A stretch of DNA of 63,849 nucleotides, filler included, from an uncultured Methanosarcinales archaeon (GCA_964608065.1; 5 parts of 5 records of this genome joined end to end with filler, not necessarily neighbours in it); one strand, 5' to 3'; counted from the first letter of the whole stretch, positions 50,035 through 60,831 are shown. Notes: generated from the sequence alone by a model not told the origin. A program made the numbers and translations.

Positions 50035-51172
50035 TTAAATCCTCTGAGTTGTTAACATTCTTTGATTTGATAATATTCTCTAACTCTTCTCTAACATTCT
50101 TTCTTGACAATCCCAATTTTTCCAGAGTTCTCCCTTTTTTTCTGAAATCAATCCCTAACTCAGTACTTCCTTCATTTATAAGGCTGTCAATTGTAGGGGT
50201 ATGAATGTCAAGCGCATCGCCAAGAAGAGCAATTGGTACAAGACCAGTAGGGATATCCTCTAATAAGTATCTATGATTTAATGTTTTTGGTGCTTTTATA
50301 CCCTTATAAGCAGGATTTGATTGTATCATTGTATGTATATCATATAATGGTAATCCATATCTTGACTTCATCCATTGCGGTACAGATGGAACCTTTGTTC
50401 CTAATGCGTTTGCTATTTGTTGAATTTCATAATCAACTTGTTCCATAATTCCAGCTACTTTCTTTGTGACACCATCTGTATAGAATTCAAAGTCTTTTTC
50501 TTCTAGAATCGATTTCTTATTTCCCAAGATTATTGCTGGATGGAATACTGCGCCTATATTGCCTACACTAGTCTCTATAAATGAGTCTGCTGCAATAAAT
50601 CTAGGAGTTTTAGGGTAAGGAGAACTTATTTTGTCTATTAAATATTCTGTATCGTCTTTTCTTAACGCAGATACAGAGACCTCATTTTTTACACCTTTTA
50701 TATCTGCAACTCCTGGTTCAGGTGCTCTTACAGCATACATTAAAGTGTTTGCTTCTCCTACAATAACATTTGCATTACATCCATTTTGTTTAAGTGTATT
50801 ATAAACCTCTAAAGCGCCAAATGTTCTTCCAGGATTAAGAAGTATTATCTGACCATCTTTTAAGTAAGGAGCCATCTCTTTCGCTATATCTTTGTGTCCT
50901 GTTGCTGTTGTAACTACCATAATAATATCTCTGTCTTCAAGAGCCTTTGAGATATCAGTTCCTACATAAGATAAATTACCTTTACCTTTTAATTGACCTA
51001 TTAGTGTTATACATCCTAAATCTTCTATTTGTTTAATTTTATTATCCCATTTATTATTATGAGGTCTATTCCAAAGTGTAACATCATAACCAAGAAGTGC
51101 TAAGTTACCAGCTACACCATGACCCCCACAGCCAGCACCGATTACTGCGTATTTAGATTTTTCATGATTCAT
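49991..51172 (-). CDS. NAD(P)-dependent opine (octopine/nopaline) dehydrogenase family protein
   Basis: IGAGCGG Rossmann motif; LNPGRTFG; FHP; RYLLEDIPTGLVP. Confidence 0.88.
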   Translation of the reverse strand: MNHEKSKYAVIGAGCGGHGVAGNLALLGYDVTLWNRPHNNKWDNKIKQIEDLGCITLIGQLKGKGNLSYVGTDISKALEDRDIIMVVTTATGHKDIAKEMAPYLKDGQIILLNPGRTFGALEVYNTLKQNGCNANVIVGEANTLMYAVRAPEPGVADIKGVKNEVSVSALRKDDTEYLIDKISSPYPKTPRFIAADSFIETSVGNIGAVFHPAIILGNKKSILEEKDFEFYTDGVTKKVAGIMEQVDYEIQQIANALGTKVPSVPQWMKSRYGLPLYDIHTMIQSNPAYKGIKAPKTLNHRYLLEDIPTGLVPIALLGDALDIHTPTIDSLINEGSTELGIDFRKKGRTLEKLGLSRKNVREELENIIKSKNVNNSEDLNAKTNETFRYCWIS

Positions 51173-51323
51173 CTTAACTTAAATATCATTTGAAGAATAA
51201 GATTAAACGTTTTGTTTATTTATCCTTCATAATAGGAGATATCATCAAATATATATAATGTTCTTAAGTATTTCTTTGTAAAAAAGTAATATTTATATAC
51301 TTAAAGTAAAATATTACAAAATT

Positions 51324-52343
51324 ATGACAAAACATACAGGTTTGTCTGAGAAAGATAAAACAATTCTAAGACAATTAGAACTGGATTCCAGAAAATCATT
51401 TGTAAAAATCGGAAAAAAGACAAGAATGAGTCAACAGCGTGTAAGTTATTCTGTGCATTCAATGATTCAGAAAAAGATTATTGACGGATTCTACACTCTT
51501 ATAGATTATTCAAAACTAAATGCAATTAACTTTCGCGTTTATTTTAGAGTTACTTATGCGCATAAAGAAAAATTTAATAAGTTAGTAACTTATCTTAAAA
51601 AACATCCTAACACTTCATGGGTAGCCATTTGCGGCGGAAGATATGATATAGTTTGTGATTTTTTGGCGCCAAATACATCCAGTTTTAATAAATCTTTAAA
51701 GACAATCATAAGTGTATTTCCAAAACAACTTCAAAATTATACAATACTTACAACAATTGTAATGAGAAATTTTGGAAGAAAATATCTTTTTGATAATTCA
51801 TCTAATAATCCAAACGAAGTAATAATTGGAGGTGACAGGGAGCCAGAGCATTTTGATGATATTGATCTGAATATTCTTGATATGATATCAGAAGATGCAA
51901 GAATAAGTGCTGTTGACATTGCAAATAAACTTGATTTGACAACAAAAACTGTTATAAAAAGAATAAAAAAGCTTATTTCAAGTAAAACTATAACAGGATT
52001 TAAGCCCATATTGAATCTTAGTGAGACAGGTCATATAGAATTCTTACTTTTGATAAAATGTCATAACGTTTTTCCTAAATTAGAAGATGAGTTAGTCAAT
52101 TATCTTAAAAGACATCCAAATGTAGTCAGTCTTGTTAAAACATTGGGTGAATGGGATTTTGAGATCCATATTGAATCTAGGAATTGGTATATATATAGAA
52201 CTGTAGTGATGGAAATAAGGCAAAGATTTCCAATGTTGATTCAGGAAATGGATACAGTTCCTATCGATAACATAAATAAAACAAAGTATTTTCCTGCTTT
52301 TTTGTTGGAGAAGAACAATAACAATCTTCTTAATCATAAATAA
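51324..52343 (+). CDS. tandem Lrp/AsnC transcriptional regulator
   Basis: Two HTH+RAM units (DSRKSF..IGK; DARISAVDIA; GRYD; GEWD). Confidence 0.88.
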   Translation: MTKHTGLSEKDKTILRQLELDSRKSFVKIGKKTRMSQQRVSYSVHSMIQKKIIDGFYTLIDYSKLNAINFRVYFRVTYAHKEKFNKLVTYLKKHPNTSWVAICGGRYDIVCDFLAPNTSSFNKSLKTIISVFPKQLQNYTILTTIVMRNFGRKYLFDNSSNNPNEVIIGGDREPEHFDDIDLNILDMISEDARISAVDIANKLDLTTKTVIKRIKKLISSKTITGFKPILNLSETGHIEFLLLIKCHNVFPKLEDELVNYLKRHPNVVSLVKTLGEWDFEIHIESRNWYIYRTVVMEIRQRFPMLIQEMDTVPIDNINKTKYFPAFLLEKNNNNLLNHK

Positions 52344-52397
52344 AAATTTGATTAATATAACAAATTTTATATACAATAAAACAATTTAACATTTTCC

Positions 52398-53336
52398 ATG
52401 AAAATATCACAAATAGGTGGGGAGTTTGCTTTAATCAACAGGATTACTAAGAAAACTAAAGATAAGGATATTGTAGTTGGGGTTGGAGATGATACTGCTG
52501 TTTTAAAGTATAAGAAGAATAAATATCTTCTTTTCACAACAGACATGCTTGTAGAAAATGACCACTTCAATATTAAATGGGCTACACCAGAACAAATAGG
52601 AAAAAAATCTATAGAAGTTAATGTTTCTGATATTGCAGCTATGGGTGGAAAGCCAACTTCTGCTATAATTTCTTTGTGTTTAAAGAAAGACACATCTGTA
52701 GAATTTGTAGATAAATTATATAAAGGAATTTATAGCTCTGCAAAAAAACACAAACTAGAAATTATAGGTGGGGACATAACACATGGAAAGATAATTGTTA
52801 TAAATATTGCAATGTTAGGAGAAGTAAGTAAAGTCAATCTTTCTTTAAGAAGTGATGCTAAGATTAATGATTGGATTTGTGTTACAGGTAATCTAGGAGA
52901 GTCAACAGCAGGGTTAGAATTGTTGAGAAAAAACATTAAGGATAAAAAATATAACAACATAATAAAAAAACATCTAGAGCCAGAAGCACAGTTAAAGAAA
53001 GCTAATATTATTTCAAAATATTGCAATGCAATGATTGATGTTTCAGATGGATTAGCTTCTGAGGTAAAACATATTTGTGAAATGTCAAAACTTGGAGCTG
53101 TTATCTATAAAGATAAAATCCCAATTTCTAATTTAACAAAGCAAGCTGCAAAAGCAGTAAACAAAGACCCATATGATTATGCTTTGTATGGTGGAGAAGA
53201 TTTTGAGTTAGTGTTTACAACCAAAGGAAAAAATATGCATGTAGTTGGAAAGATTTTGCCAAAAAATAAAGGAATGTTTTTGTTTGATAAAAAAGGAAAG
53301 ATAATGTTAAAAAAAGGTTATGATCATTTTAAGTAG
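52398..53336 (+). CDS. thiL: thiamine-monophosphate kinase
   Basis: GEFALI, GDDTA, VNVSDIAAMGG, IDVSDGL, GGEDFEL. Confidence 0.95.
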   Translation: MKISQIGGEFALINRITKKTKDKDIVVGVGDDTAVLKYKKNKYLLFTTDMLVENDHFNIKWATPEQIGKKSIEVNVSDIAAMGGKPTSAIISLCLKKDTSVEFVDKLYKGIYSSAKKHKLEIIGGDITHGKIIVINIAMLGEVSKVNLSLRSDAKINDWICVTGNLGESTAGLELLRKNIKDKKYNNIIKKHLEPEAQLKKANIISKYCNAMIDVSDGLASEVKHICEMSKLGAVIYKDKIPISNLTKQAAKAVNKDPYDYALYGGEDFELVFTTKGKNMHVVGKILPKNKGMFLFDKKGKIMLKKGYDHFK

Positions 53337-53386
53337 AATATAGAAAACTTTATATACAATTGATTAAAGTTCTACAGTGTGGTATT

Positions 53387-54850
53387 ATGTGTGGTATAAT
53401 TGGTGTTTATACTAGTAAAAGAGAGGCAATGCCAGAGATATATGATGGGCTGCTAATTCTGCAACATAGAGGACAAGATGCTGCTGGTATCACAACTTAT
53501 GATGATGGTTTTCACACAGTAAAAGGCACTGGCTTAGTAAGAGACATATTTAACAAAGAACTTCTAAAAGAATTAAAAGGAAACATTGGAGTAGGGCATA
53601 CAAGATATCCTACTGTTGGAGGAGGAACTGCAGTTGATGCGCAGCCTTTTACAATAAATACTCCTTTTGGGATTTCTATGGTTCATAATGGAAATGTTAC
53701 TAACTACAAACCTTTAAAAGAAGAGTTATTGAAAAAAGATTTAAGGCATTTATACAGCACATGTGATGCAGAAGTCATACTAAATGTTTTTGCAAGTGAG
53801 CTTCAAAACCAGAAACCTAAAGATATAAAATCTGAAAATGTTTTCAAGGCTGTTGAAGGAGTTTTCAAAAGAGTAAAAGGAGCTTATACTGTTGTAGGTT
53901 TTATTGCTCAGAAAGGAATGTTCATATTCAGGGACCCTTGCGGGATAAAGCCAGGAATTCTTGGAGAAAAAGGAGAAGGAAAGGATAAGAGTTTTTTAGT
54001 AGCTTCAGAAAGTGTTGTTCATGATGTTTTAGGATATAATCACATGGAAAATATTAAACCTGGAGAAGCTGTTTTTATTGATAAAGATATGAAAGTACAT
54101 AAAAAACAGGTAGCTAAGCCTAACCACCATCCATGTATATTTGAATATGTTTATTTTGCAAGGCCAGATTCATTGATGGATAAGATAAGCGTCTATAAAA
54201 CAAGATTGAGGCTGGGAAATGCTTTGGCAAGGCAGTTCAAAAAAATGAATATTAAACCAGATGTTGTTGTTCCAATTCCAGAGACTTCAAGTACAGCAGG
54301 AATCACTTTAGCCCATGACCTAAATGTTAAGTACAGGGAGGGTTTTATTAAAAATAGGTACATAGCAAGAACTTTTATAATGCCTGACCAAGAACAAAGA
54401 GAAATATCTGTAAAGTTCAAGTTAAATCCTATAAAGCTGGAGTTTAGGGATAAAGAAGTTTTATTAGTTGATGATAGCATTGTTCGTGGGACAACATCTA
54501 AAAAAATAATCGATATTGCAAGAAAAGCAGGAGCAAAAAAAGTTTATTTTGCTTCAACATGCCCTCCTTTGAGATATCCTTGTGTTTATGGAATTGATAT
54601 GTCTACATATGATGAGTTTATAGCAAAGAAGCATTCAGTTAAGGAAATAGAAAAAATTATTGGAGCAGACTTATTGGTTTATCAGACAATGGAAGATATG
54701 ATCAAATCTGCACAAACAGGAAATTCTAATATAAAACATTTCTGCACTGCTTGTTTTGATGGAAACTATCCAACAGGAGATGTTACAGAAGAAATGATAA
54801 AATGTATAGAAGATGAAAGAAACTGTGCTCATAATAATAAAAAAGTATAA
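53387..54850 (+). CDS. purF: amidophosphoribosyltransferase
   Basis: MCGIIG N-terminus, QHRGQD, VDDSIVRGTT. Confidence 0.96.
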   Translation: MCGIIGVYTSKREAMPEIYDGLLILQHRGQDAAGITTYDDGFHTVKGTGLVRDIFNKELLKELKGNIGVGHTRYPTVGGGTAVDAQPFTINTPFGISMVHNGNVTNYKPLKEELLKKDLRHLYSTCDAEVILNVFASELQNQKPKDIKSENVFKAVEGVFKRVKGAYTVVGFIAQKGMFIFRDPCGIKPGILGEKGEGKDKSFLVASESVVHDVLGYNHMENIKPGEAVFIDKDMKVHKKQVAKPNHHPCIFEYVYFARPDSLMDKISVYKTRLRLGNALARQFKKMNIKPDVVVPIPETSSTAGITLAHDLNVKYREGFIKNRYIARTFIMPDQEQREISVKFKLNPIKLEFRDKEVLLVDDSIVRGTTSKKIIDIARKAGAKKVYFASTCPPLRYPCVYGIDMSTYDEFIAKKHSVKEIEKIIGADLLVYQTMEDMIKSAQTGNSNIKHFCTACFDGNYPTGDVTEEMIKCIEDERNCAHNNKKV

Positions 54851-54886
54851 ATACTAATTAATTCTAAATTTTCAACAGGTGATAAT

Positions 54887-56194
54887 ATGGTTAATGTTTT
54901 ATTAATTGGTTCAGGAGCTCGCGAGCATGCTATTGCAGAAGCTATTATGAACAGTCCTCAAAAACCAAAATTGTTTTCTTTTGTTAAAGCAAACAATCCT
55001 GGAATAAATTCTTTATCTGAAGATGTTCAAATAGGGGATTTTGAAGATTTAGATGCAATAAAAGCATTTGCACAAGCTAATGCAATTGATATTTGTGTTG
55101 TAGGATTAGAAGGTCCTTTAGAGATTGGAGTTGTAGATGCATTAAAAGAAATAAATATCCCTTCTGTTGGTCCTGTTAAAGCTTTAGCTAAATTAGAAAC
55201 TTCAAAATCATTTACAAGATTATTGATGCAGAAGTATAAAATTAAAGGAAATCCGAAGTTCAAGGTTTTTGAAAGCATGGACGGAATCTCTGAATTTTTA
55301 GATGAGGTTGGTGAATCTGCTATTAAACCAGATGGTTTGACTGGGGGTAAAGGTGTTAGAGTTCAAGGAGATCATTATCAGACAAAAGAAGAAGCTTTGC
55401 AATATTGTGAAGAAGTTCTGAAAGATCATCCTTCTGTTATTGTTGAGGAAAAATTAGATGGAGAAGAATTTAGTTTACAATGTTTTACAGATGGTGTCAA
55501 TGTTTTGATGACACCTCCAGTGCAGGATCATAAAAGAGCTTTTGTTGATGATAAAGGTCCTAATACAGGCGGAATGGGAAGTTATTCCTGTTCAGATCAT
55601 TTACTGCCTTTTTTAAAAAAGGAAGATGTTGATACAGCTTATGAAATAACTAAGAATGTTGCAGAAGCTATTCATAAAGAGACTGGTGAATTGTATAAAG
55701 GAGTGATGTATGGAGGATTTATTGTAACAAAAGATGGAGTTAAATTAATTGAGTATAATGCCCGTCTTGGTGATCCTGAAGCAATGAATGTTTTGCCTAT
55801 TTTGAAATCTGACTTTTTAGAGATTTGTCAGGGAGTAGTTAATGGAAATTTGAATGAAGTTAAGGCTGAATTTGAGAACAAAGCTACTGTTTGTAAATAT
55901 GCTGTTCCAGAAGGATATCCTGGAAATCCTGTTAAAGGTAAGATTGAATTAGGAGATGTTTCTGAGAATGTTAGAATATATTATGCTTCTGTTGATAAAA
56001 AGAAAGATGGGTTGTATATGTTAGGTTCAAGATCAATAGCTTTTGTAGGTATACATCCAAGCATAGAAGAAGCACAAGTTGCTGCTGAGAATGCTGTTTG
56101 TTCTGTTAAAGGCCATGTTTTCCACAGAGAAGACGTTGGAACTAAAGAGTTATTGGATAAAAGAGTTAGGCATATGGAAAAGATAAGGGGTTAA
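54887..56194 (+). CDS. purD: phosphoribosylamine--glycine ligase
   Basis: GSGAREHA, GGKGV, QDHKR, GPNTGGMG, EYNARLGDPE. Confidence 0.96.
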   Translation: MVNVLLIGSGAREHAIAEAIMNSPQKPKLFSFVKANNPGINSLSEDVQIGDFEDLDAIKAFAQANAIDICVVGLEGPLEIGVVDALKEINIPSVGPVKALAKLETSKSFTRLLMQKYKIKGNPKFKVFESMDGISEFLDEVGESAIKPDGLTGGKGVRVQGDHYQTKEEALQYCEEVLKDHPSVIVEEKLDGEEFSLQCFTDGVNVLMTPPVQDHKRAFVDDKGPNTGGMGSYSCSDHLLPFLKKEDVDTAYEITKNVAEAIHKETGELYKGVMYGGFIVTKDGVKLIEYNARLGDPEAMNVLPILKSDFLEICQGVVNGNLNEVKAEFENKATVCKYAVPEGYPGNPVKGKIELGDVSENVRIYYASVDKKKDGLYMLGSRSIAFVGIHPSIEEAQVAAENAVCSVKGHVFHREDVGTKELLDKRVRHMEKIRG

Positions 56195-56202
56195 TATTTT
56201 AA

Positions 56203-56357
56203 ATGACAAAAACATATTATTTTGATACTTGCATTTGGAGAGACTTTTATGAAGACAGGTTTGGTACAAAAGGAAGACCTTTAGGGAAATATGCAAGCAA
56301 ATTATTTATGCATATAATAATAAATAAAGAAATTCTTCTGTATTCTGAGTTTATAAT
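56203..56357 (+). CDS. PIN-domain (VapC-like) protein, 3'-truncated
   Basis: YYFDTCIW N-terminal PIN motif. Confidence 0.65.
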
Positions 56358-56457
56358 NNNNNNNNNNNNNNNNNNNNNNNNNNNNNNNNNNNNNNNNNNN
56401 NTTAATTAATTAANNNNNNNNNNNNNNNNNNNNNNNNNNNNNNNNNNNNNNNNNNNN
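56358..56457. other. artificial contig-joining linker
   Basis: N44-TTAATTAATTAA-N44. Confidence 0.98.
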
Positions 56458-56629
56458 CACCGGAAGAAAAATACTAAACCAATACATACTAGTCAAAAAC
56501 GCAAAAGTTTAGAAAACGAAACATTTATATATAATTCACTACAGTTTAGGAGTAGCAAAAGGGTGTTCTTAGACCAACTAGTTTAAGAAAAAATCAAAAA
56601 AGAGGCTGATTGCTGAATGGAGCAAAAAA

Positions 56630-57559
56630 ATGAGACTAACACAGGAAGTTACAGAGGACTTGCTAAAGGAAGTAGCAGGCGAAGACACAATCAAGTTAGT
56701 CGGGCTTCTAAAAGGCAAAGATAATGTTTCTGAATTCAAACTTGCAGAAAAACTGAGGCTTACAGTCAATACTGTGAGGAACATGCTCTACAGGCTTGAA
56801 GATCATAATCTAGTTTCATCAATAAGAAAAAAAGACCAGAAAAAAGGATGGTATATTTACTACTGGACATTCAACGATTCCCAGGCAAAAATGCTAAGTA
56901 GAGCTGTGAAACAAAAGAAACTGCTTAAACTCAAAGAAGTTTTTCACATAGAAAGTCAGGAAACATTCTACGTATGTCCTGGAAAATGTACAAGATTCAA
57001 ACAAGAGAATGCTATGGACTATGAATTTAAATGTCCAGAATGTGGGACACTATTGGATCAGGAAGATAATACAGAATTCCTTGAAACAATAAAGGCTAAA
57101 GTCTTAGAACTTGAAGAAGAATTGGCAAAACCTCTGATTGAAGTAAGAAAGAAAAAAACTAAAATTTCTAAAGGCACTAAGAAAGTCAAGAGAGCTCAAC
57201 CTAAGAAAGGTGGCAGAGTCAAGAGGGCTAAGCCTAAGGTAGGCAAGCTTAAAAGAATAAAGTCAAATCTTAGACTTAAAAAACTAAAAGTTACAAAGAA
57301 AGTCAAAAGAGCTAATCCTAAGAAAGTTAAGAGAACAAAGACAGCAAGAAAAAGATTAAAATCAAAAAGACCAAAACTAAGAATAAGAGTCGTCAAAAAA
57401 GTTAAGAGAAAATCAACAAGGAAAAAAGTTATAAAGAAAAAACCTGCTAAGAAGAAAATTGTGAAAAAGAAAGTAGTTAAGAAGAAAGCAGTTAAAAAAG
57501 CAAAACCAAAAAAGAAAAGTGTTCTAAAAAAAGTAAAAAGATTTCTAAGAAGAAAATAA
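56630..57559 (+). CDS. tfe: transcription factor E alpha with Lys/Arg-rich C-terminal tail
   Basis: Winged helix (SEFKLAEKL..VRNMLYRL; GWYIYYW); Zn ribbon CP..C / CPECG. Confidence 0.9.
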   Translation: MRLTQEVTEDLLKEVAGEDTIKLVGLLKGKDNVSEFKLAEKLRLTVNTVRNMLYRLEDHNLVSSIRKKDQKKGWYIYYWTFNDSQAKMLSRAVKQKKLLKLKEVFHIESQETFYVCPGKCTRFKQENAMDYEFKCPECGTLLDQEDNTEFLETIKAKVLELEEELAKPLIEVRKKKTKISKGTKKVKRAQPKKGGRVKRAKPKVGKLKRIKSNLRLKKLKVTKKVKRANPKKVKRTKTARKRLKSKRPKLRIRVVKKVKRKSTRKKVIKKKPAKKKIVKKKVVKKKAVKKAKPKKKSVLKKVKRFLRRK

Positions 57560-57569
57560 CTTTTTGAGA

Positions 57570-59132
57570 TTATTTTAAAGTAAGATTATAAAACCCATAA
57601 GAAAAATCTTTTTCTATCAATTCAAAAAAATAATGCTCTTTTAGTTTATCTTCAAATTTATTAGACTGTTGTAATCTGTCATACCACCAAAAATCTTTAA
57701 AAAGAATGGCATTTTTTTCAGATCCAATAAGGCCAAAAGATTCAAACTTATAAGGGCTGATTGATTTTTTATGGATTGTAGCAGTTATTATTGGGGTGTT
57801 ATAACTTATAATATAAACATCTGAAGGAAGTTTGTCATCCATTGACAAAACAAATTCATATTCGTTGTTGAGCCTATGTTTTGAAAAAATAAAATTTTTA
57901 GTTGGAACTAAACTCATTAAGAAAATTAATGCAATCAAGAAAATCAATACTTTTCTATTAATCGCTATATGTCTTAGAATAAAATTTATACTATTTATTG
58001 AGATTATTATAAAAGGTAAATATAAAATTATACTATATCTAACAGTATCTCCAGGATAAAGATTTCCCATATGATAAGTATATACTAAAAAGAATAACAG
58101 AAAAAAAGAAATATAATAATAAAATAGTTTCTTATTTTTCAAATAAGCTTCTATACTTCCTAATATAAACAGAAATGAGAGGATTAAGGGATTAAACTTA
58201 TAATTTAAAAATAAAACAAAATTGGATACAAAACCATGTTTAATATAGCTTATTTTTGTCAGTAAAGAACCATCCCATCCCATAAAATGGTTTGTAAGAT
58301 AAGTCTGATAAGAATTAAGAGATGTATAGTTTATTAATTGGATTAAGGGTATGAGCATTATAAAAAAAATGAGAATAGTGATTAAATATTTTGTATTAAA
58401 TAGTTTTCTAATTTGATTACTTAATTTAATCATCAAATAAAAAGAAAAAATAAATATCAGTAAAAAATTTTCAGGCCTAATTTGCACAGTATATAATAAA
58501 ATAATTAAAAATAATAAAAATGAGGCATACTTTTTGGTTTTAACATAAATTTCTAAAGAAATTATACATAATATCATAAAAAATAAAGAGAAGATTTCTA
58601 ATGAAGCTGATCCTGAATATTTTAAATGTACTGGGATAAAACTAAATATGAAAGCTCCAATTAAAGCAAAACTTGAATTTTTAAATATTAAAAAAATTAA
58701 TAAAAAAATAAAGATTATTGAAATGCTGCCTATAATTGCATTAGTATTAAAAGCGACCTGTTCTGAATCATTGAATAAACTAAACATTAAACTTAAAAAA
58801 GTATGGTACCCTGGCGGCCATTGCACCAACTCACAAGAGTTACATACTTCTGCCGATCCTGCAGCGCACGCGCAAAACTTGTTAGAATAAAATATGTTTT
58901 GAGCTATATTTATATGCTCAAATTCATCAAAGTATACTTGGTGGGTGTGAGGTATAATGAATAATCTTGCCATCAAACCACAAAAGAAGATTATAAAGAG
59001 AATAATCCATGTTCTTCGATCTATACTTTTAAACATTTTTAAAAAAATTTTAAAATTAAAAATAATAAGTATTAGTATAATTAACAGAATAAACTTCATT
59101 AATAATGGATACAATTGGATTAATGGCAACAT
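57570..59132 (-). CDS. GT-C fold membrane glycosyltransferase (ArnT/PMT-like)
   Basis: Many TM helices; YFDE loop, WPPGY, RPEN. Confidence 0.75.
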   Translation of the reverse strand: MLPLIQLYPLLMKFILLIILILIIFNFKIFLKMFKSIDRRTWIILFIIFFCGLMARLFIIPHTHQVYFDEFEHINIAQNIFYSNKFCACAAGSAEVCNSCELVQWPPGYHTFLSLMFSLFNDSEQVAFNTNAIIGSISIIFIFLLIFLIFKNSSFALIGAFIFSFIPVHLKYSGSASLEIFSLFFMILCIISLEIYVKTKKYASFLLFLIILLYTVQIRPENFLLIFIFSFYLMIKLSNQIRKLFNTKYLITILIFFIMLIPLIQLINYTSLNSYQTYLTNHFMGWDGSLLTKISYIKHGFVSNFVLFLNYKFNPLILSFLFILGSIEAYLKNKKLFYYYISFFLLFFLVYTYHMGNLYPGDTVRYSIILYLPFIIISINSINFILRHIAINRKVLIFLIALIFLMSLVPTKNFIFSKHRLNNEYEFVLSMDDKLPSDVYIISYNTPIITATIHKKSISPYKFESFGLIGSEKNAILFKDFWWYDRLQQSNKFEDKLKEHYFFELIEKDFSYGFYNLTLK

Positions 59133-59244
59133 TATATCAACTTAAATATGGCCTATTTTTATATTTATCTGAATTTTTATAGAAACAATAAGTATCTAAA
59201 ATCCAAAAATATTAAAAAACCTAAAGAAATCTCTATGTTTTATT

Positions 59245-60141
59245 ATGGTTATTCAGAAACTGGATATAAAGACAGGATTCATATGCAACAACAATTGTAA
59301 GTTCTGTGTACAAGCTGACAATAAATGCAGTGGTAATAGGAGCTTTGAAGAAATAAAATCAGACTTGGAAGAATTTAGAGATAAATGCTCAGGAGTAGTA
59401 TTCACAGGAGGGGAAGTAACAATTAGAAAAGACTTCTTTGATCTTGTAAGACTAGCAAAAGATCTTCGTTACGAATCCATCCAAATTCAAACTAATGGAA
59501 GGATGTTTTCATCTATGGAATTCTGCAAAAAAACAGTCAAAGCCGGAGCAACAGAACTCTGCCCTGCGATACATGGTTGCTGCGCTGAACAGCATGATTC
59601 GTTAACAAGAGCTCCAGGAAGTTTTGACCAAACTGTAAAAGGGATACAAAACGCAAAATCTATAGGATTAATGGTCATCACAAATACCGTCGTGGTAAAA
59701 CAGAACTACAAAGATCTGTCTAAGATAGCAAGGCTGCTTATACAGCTCGAGGTAGATCAGGCACAATTTGCATTTGTACATCCAATGGGCAACGCATGGA
59801 AAAACTTTGATGAAGTAGTCCCATCAATATCAGAAGCAGCACCCTACATATGCAAAGGGATTAGAATAGGTGCAGAATCAGGATTAAAAATGATGGCAGA
59901 AGCGATGCCTTACTGTCTGATGCAAGGCTATGAAGAATTCATCGCTGAAAAAGTGATACCTGACACAGCAATCCGGGGAGGAAAACATCAAAACACAGAT
60001 AATTTTACAGAACAGAGGAAGTCCCATGGAAAAGTTAAGTTCCTTCAATGCAGGGAATGCAAATGGGAATCTGTATGTGAAGGCCCTTGGAGGGAGTACC
60101 CTGAAAAAAGAGGAAACAGCGAATTCAAACCTGTAAAATGA
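59245..60141 (+). CDS. radical SAM protein, HxsC-like
   Basis: CNNNCKFC, FTGGE, QTNGR; C-terminal PYC and CRECKWESVCEG. Confidence 0.8.
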   Translation: MVIQKLDIKTGFICNNNCKFCVQADNKCSGNRSFEEIKSDLEEFRDKCSGVVFTGGEVTIRKDFFDLVRLAKDLRYESIQIQTNGRMFSSMEFCKKTVKAGATELCPAIHGCCAEQHDSLTRAPGSFDQTVKGIQNAKSIGLMVITNTVVVKQNYKDLSKIARLLIQLEVDQAQFAFVHPMGNAWKNFDEVVPSISEAAPYICKGIRIGAESGLKMMAEAMPYCLMQGYEEFIAEKVIPDTAIRGGKHQNTDNFTEQRKSHGKVKFLQCRECKWESVCEGPWREYPEKRGNSEFKPVK

Positions 60142-60213
60142 GAAATAGAACAAGGCTTAAATAAACTTCGCTATCGATATATTTAAATAAATTATATCTC
60201 CTTTTTTATAATT

Positions 60214-60828
60214 ATGAAAAACATATTATACATTGCCTTAATTTTAATAATTCTTACTTTTGGATGTGCTCAAAAACAAGTTAGCATAGAAAAAACTACA
60301 GATACAGAATTAAATGATTCTCTGAACTGTGAAAATCCTCAAAATGAAGCTGAAATAAAATCCTGTGGGCTTATAGGCACTGATTCTAAACTACAACAAT
60401 GTAAACAAAGGTCCAGCATGGACTTCACATTTTTCTGCATAGCACTAATAACTGAGGATGCAATAATATGTGAAGATATAGAAGATGTTCTCTATAAACA
60501 TATATGTAAAGCTATAATAAAACATGACCCATTGATATGCGAACAGCTAACCCTAGAACAGGAAATAGATATGTGCTTTACAGATATAGGTATGAATCTT
60601 GATGATAGAACTACTTGTAACAAAATAAAAGACAAAAACAAAAAAGAAGTATGTTTAGGTGTGGTTGATAGAGACATGGAAAAATGCTTCGAAGACGATT
60701 CTTATAAATCTGTATGTATCTTAAACATAATTGATTTCTCTGATGGAAATATTTCTTGCGAATCATTAGCTGATGAACAAAGAAGCCAAGAATGTTTGAC
60801 AATACTTCAAAAAATCGGTGAGGAATGA
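60214..60828 (+). CDS. Cys-rich repeat lipoprotein
   Basis: LTFGC; repeated C..I........C units. Confidence 0.7.
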   Translation: MKNILYIALILIILTFGCAQKQVSIEKTTDTELNDSLNCENPQNEAEIKSCGLIGTDSKLQQCKQRSSMDFTFFCIALITEDAIICEDIEDVLYKHICKAIIKHDPLICEQLTLEQEIDMCFTDIGMNLDDRTTCNKIKDKNKKEVCLGVVDRDMEKCFEDDSYKSVCILNIIDFSDGNISCESLADEQRSQECLTILQKIGEE

Positions 60829-60831
60829 CAT

